Of a DNA stretch of 64,000 nucleotides, positions 54,177 to 64,000 are shown one piece after another. Position 1 is the stretch's first letter; every line of letters starts with the position of its first letter. The DNA is from Magallana gigas (Eukaryota): contig NC_088855.1 in NCBI RefSeq assembly GCF_963853765.1, positions 9,300,001 to 9,364,000 of the forward strand. The letters are read 5' to 3'. The position numbers and the translations under genes were made by a program. Under the pieces are notes generated by a model. It saw only the letters and a program-made list of their open reading frames with translations. It was not told where the DNA came from and ran no database searches.

Positions 54177-55902
54177 TCTCTGAGTCTATCTCTCTCTCAT
54201 ACTCTCAATCGTATAATGTTATATTTAGATAACAAATGCAGGCCTTTGAATCATAAACACTCTCATCGTTAATAGATGAATAAGACATAAAGTTAACAGT
54301 TTGAATAAAATACAGATATCAAAACCACATGTACTACATGGTGTACATTATACGTGTCGAGGAAATTCTGTATGGAAATGACTGAGAGCATGATTGACAC
54401 AAACTCAATATTCTAGGAAAAACATACAATATTTTCTAACGTATGCTACGTATCAATATGTGTAAAAACTGACTATAATACACCTGCATACACATTTCAT
54501 ACTAAAACATGTCTTTCAAGTCACATTTCACAACGACCATTAATTATCGACATTTTTGTAACATGTGTACTAGACTTAATGCATTGTATGCTTTTAAAAG
54601 AGTTTTTGAGTAGTTTAACAATGTAAGTAAGTATGTTCTTACCGACGAATGACTACTCCTTAGCACGTTTTAGATTGTTGACAAAATCGAGGATTGCTGT
54701 TCAGACTGTTTCATGCTGAACAACATTTAACGAGATAAGGCTAATCACCCCAAACTTCGACTTCACATTAATAAACAATTGTTCTGCAACTTTAAATAAT
54801 TTAAAAGCTTGCCAATATAAGAAACAAAAACTTTTACTTACGTTTTCCATTTAAACTCCTCTCTCGATTTTCACGAGTGTTAGACTGGTCTCATTAAAAT
54901 CCCGAGATATACGAAGTTTTGACTTTCTTGGGTTTTTTCATTCTTTCGTGAATATAAAAATCAGAAAGGTTCCGATTATGCTAATAAGGCTGTGAGGTGT
55001 GCTTTATATAGTACTGAACCATAGCCGTACCATAAAAATAGATTTGTCCGATACACTTCAGTGATTTTTTTCTTCATAAGGTGATTAATTTGTATGTAAA
55101 ATTATAGATTTATATATTAGAGTTTTATTTTAACGTATCAATGTATAAAATTTACAATGTAATATCTATTTTTTCAAATTAATTAAAGGAGGTTGGATCG
55201 TTAACAAATTAATCGTCAGATTAAACAAAAAATCTTAAAACATGGTTTGTTTAGCTATAAACTAGTATTTAGTAAAGAAAAGCATATATCTTACACAACA
55301 CACAACACATATCTTACATGTATCTTTTAACTTTTGTATTTTTTTTATAATTTTATATAGAACTCATCTTTTTAGGAGATCAATTCTGTCTAAAAATGGT
55401 CACAACCATCAAATCCTCTTTAATTCGTGGAAATTAAGAGATTTCAATGTGACACAAATCTATCTTTTGTATATGAAATATCTGAAGACGTTTTAAAAAC
55501 ATTACAATTGTAGAATGAAACGTAGATAATAATGTCTACAATAGGTCATCAGATGCAGAACATGCCGATGAATTAGTTTGTTTCATGGGAATTGCCTTTT
55601 AATCATTTTCATCCTTTTCCCGATTGTTTTTCTGTGCATTACCTTGTGTTGATCATATTGGTAGACCCAAGACGCCCCGAAACTAGGTTCGCCGTGAATA
55701 TTGACAAACGTAGCGGATATGAAACAAACTGAAATAAATAGTATTCACTTAGGCGGTATTGTCAATGGAGTATAAATGGTAAATATTTAGTGGAATACTC
55801 TTTTTAAGATTAAATTTGCAATATTTGATATAATTGATTTTCTTAAATTTACTCACTCCAGATCGCTAAAATTGAAATAAACAACCAATGGTGCGAATCC
55901 AT
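47087..55902 (-). CDS. Small secreted protein, paralog C (128 aa, 4 exons), BRICHOS-like by inference; intron 2 is 8.2 kb
   Basis: Exons 55902-55857, 55728-55643, 47441-47322, 47221-47087, all GT-AG. Protein MDSHHWLFISILAIWICFISA-TFVNIHGEPSFGASWVYQYDQHKGIVATRNNYQTKPNDTCHVFKLTDQQRHDIHTISGQFKVEIMMYEAIRTEHGERMTATELNATSNQMWRFCQKNLNFLKYNFYV. 110/128 aa identical to B by hand count, with synonymous changes and no indels in the exons. Confidence 0.82.
48501..49385. mobile_element. 885-bp non-autonomous TTAA-targeting element (Kolobok-type)
   Basis: TTAA|GGATGACGTTTACTCAG...CTGAGTAAACAATGTCC|TTAA. The empty site is visible in the duplicated segment near 44025 (CTACCTTAA). Confidence 0.85.
50072..50829. 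mobile_element. Degenerate MITE-like element with subterminal (AT)CTCTCGAAGT repeats
   Basis: Clusters of GATCTCTCGAAGT-like motifs at 50085-50280 and 50755-50815; weak inverted ends (AGGTGA.. / ..TTCACCT). Confidence 0.45.
51813..52320 (+). mobile_element. TTAA-type MITE (Kolobok-type), copy 3
   Basis: AGGGACTTAGACACGATTT...ATCGTGTCCAAGTCCCT|TTAA; left flank is TTCA; interior is colinear with copy 1. Confidence 0.8.
53975..54200 (+). repeat. Two (CT)n microsatellite tracts
   Basis: Direct reading at about 53975-54025 and 54146-54200. Confidence 0.9.
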
Positions 55903-56778
55903 TCTGACAACTTAGGGTTGATGAACTCTTGTGAGAAGAATTTTCTCCTTCGGTGATAAGATAAGACCATTCTCGCTAGATATACACAATTTAATGCCAA
56001 AAATGGCTGTAAATAAAATTATGCATAAATAAATATTGGAAACATACAACAATTTTGAGTCATCATTGTATAAAAATGTATTTCGTCTTCAATTGTTTAA
56101 ACGTAATTTATTACTAGATAGTGATAATGATAGTGAAAATGATTACGCAAACGGTCTGAAATCTTAGATCGCATGTACTTTCCAATAAAATTATCTATAA
56201 CACAAAGTTATCTTCAATATTTAAACACAATAGTCTCAAAGGTCGATATAGTTTACATGTATTATTAGTGTCAGGTTGCCTTTAATGAAAACAGTATTCA
56301 AATATATAGTTACGTTATATTCTCAACATGCATAAAAAAGATAGATCAAATTCTCGGTAAAAACGAAATCAACACTTCACTGAAGCATAACCAAATTTAA
56401 AGTTTTATTGTGATTATAATGATAAAATAAGAGAATACAAATCAATTTATAAAATAAAATACCACCTTGTAAATAAAATATTAGTATCCAGAGTGAATAG
56501 AATATGTACATGTATTTACTACGCACTCGGTTTTTTGGAACGCAGTTTTAAGAGAATAATTTAAAATAAAAACAAATTCTATCAATCTGATACCATCTTT
56601 CCCTTCCTTACTAAATGATTTGAAAATAAATTCTTTCGGATTTTGCAAAAGCACTATTTTCCATAAACAACAATTGATAATTTGTACAGAAAAATAAAAA
56701 AATTAGCACTTCTATTAGGGGGTTTGGGTTTTTAGAGCACTTTTTATAAGAGACGTTCAACGATTTCATATATCAGGT

Positions 56779-57098
56779 TTCATCAAATTTCAAGGCACTT
56801 GATGGGCTGAATTGTTTTTATAGCACTACTTATATAAGAGACGTCCTTCCATTAGAAAACTGATAGTTAGTCCCTGTTCATCCAATATCCGAGCGCTAAT
56901 CGGACTGAATTATATTTAAAGCACTTTTCATATTAAAGTTCGATTTAGATATCTAATAGCCGATCCTTGTTCATCCATTTCCGGGCAATAATTGGGCTGA
57001 GCCGTTTTAGATCCCCTTTTATAATTACATGCGTCCTAGGATTACATATCTAACAGTTAGTCACTTTTCATCAGATTTCCGGGCGCTAGAAGGGCTGG
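56779..57098. repeat. Degenerate ~96-bp tandem repeat overlapping the GPCR stop codon region
   Basis: TTCATC..ATTTCC.GGC.CT...GGGCTGA-like heads at 56779, 56877, 56970 and 57067. Confidence 0.6.
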
Positions 57099-58323
57099 TT
57101 TGTTTCTTCGAAGACGACTGCTGGAGGCTGTCCTTCGTCACGGAGGAGGTTGATGTGTTGAAATTTCGAGTAAACGACGACCTTAATGCACCCGGTCCGT
57201 TCCTTTGAAAGAAACCCTTGAACATCGTCGAAAACCTATCGTCTGATAGACCGTAAATAAAAGGGTTGGAAACGTTGTTCAGAAAGATCGTCCACAGGAA
57301 GATGTAATATAGAGCCCCGCCGTAGAAGCCCATGGAACACTCCAGGTTTGGTTGGACGTGTAGGACCAGTGCGAGGGCATCGTGTATCAAGGCATTGATG
57401 AGGTAGACCACAGAGATGATGAGGAACGTCGTTGTTGTCTTCCCGAGTTTTTGCGGTTTCGGTTGCCCCTTTTGGCGGGTTTTGGTCCGGACAGTGGAGT
57501 ATTTGGAGTGACTGTGAATTCTCCGGAGAATGAGGGAGTACAGAATACAGAGGAAAGCCGTCACTATGACCAACATCACGGTCAGGGCGATGTAGTTCCA
57601 TTTAGCGATTCTCATGGTTAGTCGGTCACTTTCCAGGAAGCAGCGCGTTCCCTCAATGTTGTTGATTTGCGTATTGATTTTGGAATTCCCGTAAAGGAGC
57701 GGCGTAAACCAGGAAAATCCGAGAGCAAACACACAGACAAACAGACAGCTTAGTTTTGACTGTTGCTCGGTGAGCTGTTTCTGTAGTGGTCTGCAGACTT
57801 TCTGGAACCGGTCAATGGCAATCAGGACCAAGATCAGGGGGGAGGCGATGTGTACGAAAAACCCAAGGAAGTAGCCTGCTTTACATACAACGTTAGATGG
57901 AAATTGTAACGGATAATATAGGTACAGAATAGCGAAAGGCATCACAAATACACAACTGATCAAATCCAGTAGCACGAGAAAGAGAACGTAGACTCTGTAA
58001 TTGGAAGTCTTGGACCTATTGCGGTATAACAACAGGACACTAATATTTCCTACCAGACTTAGTAACATCTGAAGACTGATGAAGTAAATACCGGGAATAT
58101 TCCGGCGCATGAATTCGGTGTTGATGTCGGACAAAGTAGTTCGGTTATTCCAGTTCCTGTCAAAGAGCCACTGCGGACAGAATAATGCCACTCTCTGTCC
58201 ATGGGTGTGGTTCGTGTGAGAGAAGCTCTGCGGGTCATCAGGTGGGGGGAGGGGCGGGCGGTCAGTTACAAGGAACGGATCCGGATCCGGCGCTGGCATA
58301 TCATGTAGTCCATCAGGGTCCAT
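57061..58323 (-). CDS. Intronless rhodopsin-like (class A) GPCR, 420 aa from the first ATG; peptide-receptor-like orphan
   Basis: Single ORF with seven hydrophobic segments, TM1 GN, TM2 LDL, Cys at the top of TM3, DRF, TM7 NPFIY, and Asn sequons (NRT) in the N-terminus. The track's 58341 start is a TTG; the first ATG is at 58323. Confidence 0.92.
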   Translation of the reverse strand: MDPDGLHDMPAPDPDPFLVTDRPPLPPPDDPQSFSHTNHTHGQRVALFCPQWLFDRNWNNRTTLSDINTEFMRRNIPGIYFISLQMLLSLVGNISVLLLYRNRSKTSNYRVYVLFLVLLDLISCVFVMPFAILYLYYPLQFPSNVVCKAGYFLGFFVHIASPLILVLIAIDRFQKVCRPLQKQLTEQQSKLSCLFVCVFALGFSWFTPLLYGNSKINTQINNIEGTRCFLESDRLTMRIAKWNYIALTVMLVIVTAFLCILYSLILRRIHSHSKYSTVRTKTRQKGQPKPQKLGKTTTTFLIISVVYLINALIHDALALVLHVQPNLECSMGFYGGALYYIFLWTIFLNNVSNPFIYGLSDDRFSTMFKGFFQRNGPGALRSSFTRNFNTSTSSVTKDSLQQSSSKKQTSPSSARKSDEK

Positions 58324-59983
58324 TTCAAATATAAATTCCAAATTTTAACTTTTTAACAAAATATGAAGTCGAAATTGTTCGTGTTCTTCTCTTAAGGCCA
58401 AGTAAAACTTGTTAACAGCGTGATACTTTCTTGAAACAGTCAACAATTTTATTAGATTCGGACGTCAATTTGACAAAAAGATAAAATCAGCATTACTGGA
58501 CCGTCGGTCTAAATGGAATTTAGCGCCATAAAATCTCCATATAAAACAATGACTAACTTATATTTACATGTGATTTATTGCCCCCGGGCATAAAATCTGA
58601 ATGAGCGACAATTACCGCTTATTGACTTGCTTGTTAAACTGGCATTTTTCATTTAGATTATTTCTCGTTGGAAATAAGTAATTATTTTTATAATGGAATG
58701 TTAAGAATATCATTTATGAAATATACACGTTAAAAATACACCAGCGCATTTCATAGTCATGAAATCTGACTAATTAGAGCAGAACTTTAAAATGAAATTC
58801 ACACAAGCCTTATATTGTTTTAAAAGCTTCATATGCAAGCACGCATAACCCTATGCGTGTACATATATCAAATGCATTAAAGAAATTAAATAAACATGCA
58901 AAATAATATGGTGATGGCGGGCTGGGGTGTAAGTACTTTAATCCGTCTTTCATTAACTTGCAAACTACATGTATGCATTTCAAATTGTCATCACTGATCA
59001 AAAAGGCTTGATTCAATATTGTTTATTATGAATTAGTTTTTTCATCGGTTTTCTCAAAATATTCAATGGATGGAATATGCATATGACAGTTATGAATTAT
59101 GGTTTACTCAATCAAAATTCATGTTGTTACAGCACAAAGATCATGACACAATTTCAGATCTTGTAAATGCAACTTTCATCAAGTTAGGGCAATTCGTTTC
59201 TACATAACTACATGTAGCTAATGAACGGGGGATATATGTGTTAGATTTATCTTTTATCAAAATCAAACTCTGATCAAATTATTGACATATTTGCGTTTTC
59301 AATGTTTTTTGTGGAAAGGAGAAGTCAAGGACTCCATGGGAAAGTAGGACGAAATACGTGTATTTATTCCTTGATGGGGAGTGTCATACAATTACTACAT
59401 ACAAGTACACAACGTTAGTTTGTTCATGCCAGAACAAATCCTTAAAAGACTGGCAACCGACCTCTTATACGAAAACCTTTATCGACATTTATGAATGAAA
59501 TGTAAAAATCTTTATTGGTGTTCACACATTTGTACAAGCGCGCACTACTACATTCAGACACGCTGGGTCGTTAAGCTAGGTTCCCCCTCCCAAGACATAT
59601 GTACGGTACTATTATAATATAATTCATTGAAATTGTTTTAATACTAAAAATTTGTTGGAGACACTTGTTTTTAGTTGGTCGCACATCTCCCGTTTGTTTA
59701 CTGTGTATATTTTGAAGCTGATCATTTATTTTTAAACTTTTCTGATTCGTAGAACCGAATTTCAGCAAAACACATATAATCCATTGAAAGTGGAGACCCC
59801 CATATGTAGTCCTGTCTCATTATCGTAATTAGCATTAATATCGACAGAATGACTCCATTAGCCTGAGTCTGTGCATCAATCAAAAAGCCATTTCAACTGG
59901 TATTTCAACATCCTATGTAACTGTTGCTAAAATTGAACGCGTTGTTAAAATTTCGAGGCACGGAGCTTTGGAAACCAACTGTA

Positions 59984-60183
59984 ATGTCTTTAGAGCAGAC
60001 GTCAGAGACCTTCAGAAATGCCGGCTACTACCCGTGTGAGATCGGGGGTTTACCTTGTGAAAAGGAAGAAACGACCAAGAGACACAGTTCCACGTGGTCA
60101 CACCTGTGGGGGGATTTTGTGTCCTCCACCACCCTCCATGGGATCAGATTTATCTTCTACCAGGATACGTACATCATTAGGAG
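59984..60183 (+). CDS. First coding exon of a DEG/ENaC (ASIC/FaNaC-like) channel
   Basis: MSLEQTS...LWGDFVSSTTLHGIRFIFYQDTYIIRR contains the family's pre-TM1 F-x3-TTLHG motif. It ends at a phase-2 donor AG|GCAAGT (consensus GC-AG donor). The remainder of the gene runs beyond the window. Confidence 0.85.
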
Positions 60184-62507
60184 GCAAGTATTTTAAACTA
60201 AAATTGTAAAGATATAATGCTATATATACTTGTCTTCATTGTTATTTCAAATTCAGTTTTGATCCGTGTCTTATTTATGTTGAACGTTAAAGACTAATAA
60301 CTTTTGATACTAATATTTTTGTCGTTTACGCATTCGTTATAATATATAAATGTACGTTTTTTACATTTGCAATGACATGTATGATATATTGGAAACTCCA
60401 AATTTTCATATAAAATAACCAATATAATAATAGTGGATTTTCACTTCTCCGTCATAAATGTTTTCATAGGGCTTGCCTTTGTTTTCTAATAATTTCTCTT
60501 CTCGTGCAGACTAATTAGATATGATTTTTTAAATAGGATTTCGCAATAAATTATAATGAAATCAAATGGAAATTCAGTCGACGGGGAATTCCCGTTCATC
60601 AATTTTATCAGCAACAGATGCCTTGTTGGTTTTTTTTTTATAAAGAGATGATCGCGTGTTATCCTGGTGTTGGTGAGGAACTTGTTGATCTTAAAATCGC
60701 TTAGTAATCTGATCACAGGGACGAGAATTTGGGTTAAAGCGGGCATTACCCAGGCGCAGGCTCCACATAAAACAGTAGTAAAGATAACTAGGTAGAAGTC
60801 GTTAATTTGGGAGTAAGACGGTAATATCGGGGTGATTCAGAAAATATTTGTTGTATAGACTGATGACATTACAATACTAATGCACAGTAGTCGTTCCATT
60901 TTTATCTCTTGGACACACTGACATTAATACAATGCTTACTCCCTGACACTAATACAATGCTTACAATACAATCAATTCTTGCAATTCTAGCACCAGTAAT
61001 GATTATTATAGCATCTTTTTGTGATTAAAAGTATGCTTTTAAGATCAAACCGATATAATTTATCTAAGCTTGGTTTCAAGAAAAATAAGTTGCCATTAGG
61101 TTGATGAATATAGCTGTTAGTGTTACATAAACAAATCAAACATCATGATCAGCGAGGAAGATAGAAGCCACTCAGTCGAATTATTGCACGCATCAGTTTC
61201 TAGATCAAATCATAGCGAATCATGCTTTTTATTGGGGGGCACTTAATGGCAATCTATTTCAGGAACATAAAAGCTTAAACTCAAATAATGTCAAGTTGTG
61301 CCAATAACATAATGACACCATTGTATGGTCATCTTAGTTAAAATACAACGATTGCTTCTAATAGCAATTAGTTTTTGCAATGATAATGACGGTGGTACCC
61401 CATAACAATGCTTATCTACGCTTAGGTATTGAATTTTACTTTCTACAGAGCGGTACATATCATGAACTCGTTCTTTTTTTCACATGAATAAATTTTAACA
61501 ATTTGTTTTAGTTTATTCATGTGATAGATTAATATATAAAATTTGCGACAGATAGACTTAAATTTTATAAGAATACTTAATACAGGCATGTAGCTGGTAG
61601 CGGTTGACATTTACATAATTACCCTATTAAATTCTAACAAAACAATTTTTACCCCCTTTTGTTGGCTGAACATGTAGCCTGCATGTATGCATACAATTCC
61701 AAGAATGTATAAACGATACCCAGATAGATATAACTTTGTATATCAAACCCCCCTTACCAGCTTTAATAGGCGTTGTTCAAGGCTTGTTATGTCCATTATT
61801 TCACTGTGAACGTATTGGTGATAGTGCTATTTGTAATCTGTCATAATTTCCCTTACATACCACAACTTTCATATTTGTGTTATAAAATTAATCCATATAT
61901 AGGCATCATATATTTGAATAATATGTCAAGTGATGTCGATATCCTCAAATATCGATGATTTGATAAGCATTCTTTCCCGATAACTTGTAATGATATTCTC
62001 TGCTTACGAGGATGCATTGATTTCGATTATCTTTATAGTGATCATATTGAAGTATGCAGGCAATGCCAGACATTGAGCTGATTACGAATTGTAAAATTAA
62101 GTTTGTAGTTTATGAAGGACCCAATTCACTTCTACAGAAGTGATTTTCATGAAAATTTTATATGAGTTAGAGTTACTAAAGATATATTAGAACCAATAAA
62201 AAAAAAATCGAATTTGATTTTTAGTAGGGACCATTTAAAAAAAAATGTTTGTATTCTCTTTTTCAATTGAACATGATGGGGGGAAAAGCGTTTTTGTGAG
62301 AGAAAAAAAAAATCTATCCAAATTGAAATATGGCAGTAATATGACAATTTTAAATTAATATCATTTAAATATATAATATAATTAGTTTTTACGTGTTTTG
62401 TAGTGTTTTTAGACACTAGGGTTATGTCGTGAGTTTTTTGGTCGTGTTATTTGGACGCAACTTATTCCATTGTTAGGTTGATTTGAACCCTATTTTTTCT
62501 TTGGTAG

Positions 62508-63258
62508 GCTATTTTAGCCACTTCTGATGTTGTTCTGTTGTTTCTTTGCTAGATTATTTTGGACACCTCTGATGTTGTTCTGTTCTTTTTTTGCTAGATT
62601 ATTTTGGACACTTCTGATGTTGTTCTGTTCTTTCTTTGCTAGGTTATTTTGGACACTTCTGATGTTGTTCTTTTTTTGCTAGATTATTTTGGACACTTCT
62701 GATGTTGTTCTTTTTTGGCTAGATTATTTTGGACACTTCTGATGTTGTTCTGTTCTTTCTTTGCTAGGTTATTTTGGACACTTCTGATGTTGTTCTGTTG
62801 TTTCTTTGCCAGGTTATTTTGGACACTTCTGATGTTGTTCTGTTCTTTCTTTGTAAGGTTATTTTGGACACCTCTGATGTTGTTCTGTTCTTTCTTTGCT
62901 AGGTTATTTTGGACACTTCTGACGTTGTTCTGTTCTTTCTTTGCTAGGTTATTTTGGACACCTCGGATGTTGTTCTGTTGTTTCTTTGCCAGGTTATTTT
63001 GGACACTTCTGATGTTGTTCTGTTGTTTCTTTGCCAGGTTATTTTGGACACTTCTGATGTTGTTCTGTTCTTTCTTTGCTAGGTTATTTTGGATACTTCT
63101 GATGTTGTTCTGTTCATTCTTTGCTAGGTTATTTTGGACACCTCTGATGTTGTTCTGTTGTTTCTTTGCCAGGTTATTTTGGACACTTCTGATGTTGTTC
63201 TTTTCTTTCTTTGCTAGGTTATTTTGGATACTTCTGCTGTTGTTCTGTTCTTTCTTTG
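62508..63258 (+). repeat. 45-bp minisatellite, 17 units, encoding the start of DEG/ENaC TM1 (RLFWTLLMLFCSFFA)
   Basis: Units start at 62508, 62553, 62598, 62643, 62683, 62723, 62768 and then every 45 bp to 63218; units 4 and 5 are 40 bp. Each is preceded by a pyrimidine run plus AG. Units 6-17 form the 62715-63281 ORF. Confidence 0.95.
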
Positions 63259-63277
63259 GTAGAAAATTTGGAAACTA

Positions 63278-63330
63278 CTAGCCAAATTCTGTTCTTTACT
63301 ATATGATATCCCGCGCAAGCGCGGAAATTA
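63278..63330 (-). mobile_element. Helitron-like 3' terminus (hairpin plus CTAG|T); element body extends rightward
   Basis: Perfect GC hairpin CCGCGC-AA-GCGCGG at 63311-63324. On the minus strand it is followed about 30 nt later by CTAG (63281-63278) and then T, the canonical Helitron end and target base. The 5' end was not identified. Confidence 0.55.
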
Positions 63331-64000
63331 ACACTTTCCACATTAATGACACAATGCTTAAATGTTAAACCACATTTATACTGTGTCCAAATTTTTAAAA
63401 TTGTTATATAAACCCATTCTTTAAAATTGAAATTTTGAAAAAAACGAACTGCATAGCTGAATATTTAGCCGAGGGACGAAATTTTTAAACTGAATTTGAT
63501 GATATATACATGTACATGGCCTGAATTTTTTTTTTTTTTTTGCTGCAGCTGAGTGGAAGATGATGAAAATGATTTTAAAACTTAAGCGTGGGTATTTAAG
63601 ACGTCATATCTCTAAATCTTTTTCTTTAAATTTCACTACAATTTTTATCAACGTCCCAAGTGAGAATTTCAGTTGTCAGATCCGAAGTATCTGCCCGATG
63701 GTTAACTCGCCCTATTCTTTCTGCCATGGTGTAAATTAGTAAAACTGCGTTCCGAAGCACCCCGTTGTGGAAAATTATTATAACGATAAAAATTAAAATA
63801 GCATCAATTTGCTACATTTTATTTATTAACTTTTTTATTAACCAAAGATGAATATATGCCCCCGATGCGTGATGTTTTCGTGATGACGTTAATTAGTCAA
63901 ACCGCGTTCTTGATTACCCCTTTCTGGAAAGTATTGTTCCATCCTATCGGCAAAGGACGCACTTCGCTACCTTTTATCTATCAAAACTAAAATCACACAT

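Larger units (their letters stand above)
41340..56470. repeat. Tandem segmental duplication: unit 1 about 41340-45860, unit 2 about 46790-56470
   Basis: Colinear matches: 41340-41790 with 46790-47230, 42900-44515 with 47300-49740, and 44530-45855 with 55550-56470. Unit 2 has extra 885-bp and ~5.8-kb segments. Confidence 0.88.

Noticed and set aside
57236-57621. ORFs 57236-57601 (-) and 57382-57621 (+)
   Set aside because: Alternate-frame and antisense shadows of the GC-rich GPCR coding sequence.
60650-60840. GC-richer segment in the DEG/ENaC intron
   Set aside because: No channel-like translation or consistent exon boundaries; cannot be assigned.
62715-63281. 188-aa ORF as a stand-alone membrane protein
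   Set aside because: It has only a TTG start and results from a 45-bp (multiple of 3) repeat. It is better explained as amplified DEG/ENaC exon sequence.

Overview
AT-rich eukaryotic DNA with spliceosomal introns; the repeat families suggest an oyster or other bivalve (inference). Genes read by hand: (1) a 12-exon SLC7A9/b(0,+)AT-like amino acid transporter (+, 11755-20856) with a GC-AG intron and an unplaced start exon; (2) three paralogous 4-exon genes (-, 23294-25148, 41646-44852, 47087-55902) for 126-128 aa secreted proteins with a two-cysteine mature region, BRICHOS-like by inference, which the ORF track shows only as fragments; (3) an intronless class A GPCR (-, 57061-58323); (4) the first coding exon of a DEG/ENaC channel (+, 59984-60183). 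The TM1-encoding start of that channel's next exon appears amplified into a 17-unit 45-bp minisatellite. Each unit is preceded by a potential splice acceptor, and the frame ends at a Helitron-like terminus. The rest is mostly mobile DNA: a decayed DIRS/Ngaro-type retroelement, a decayed pogo-like transposon, a Harbinger fragment, Helitron/HINE elements with satellite cores, TTAA-targeting MITEs, palindromic MITEs and tandem repeats. All coordinates and identities were counted by hand; no searches were run.
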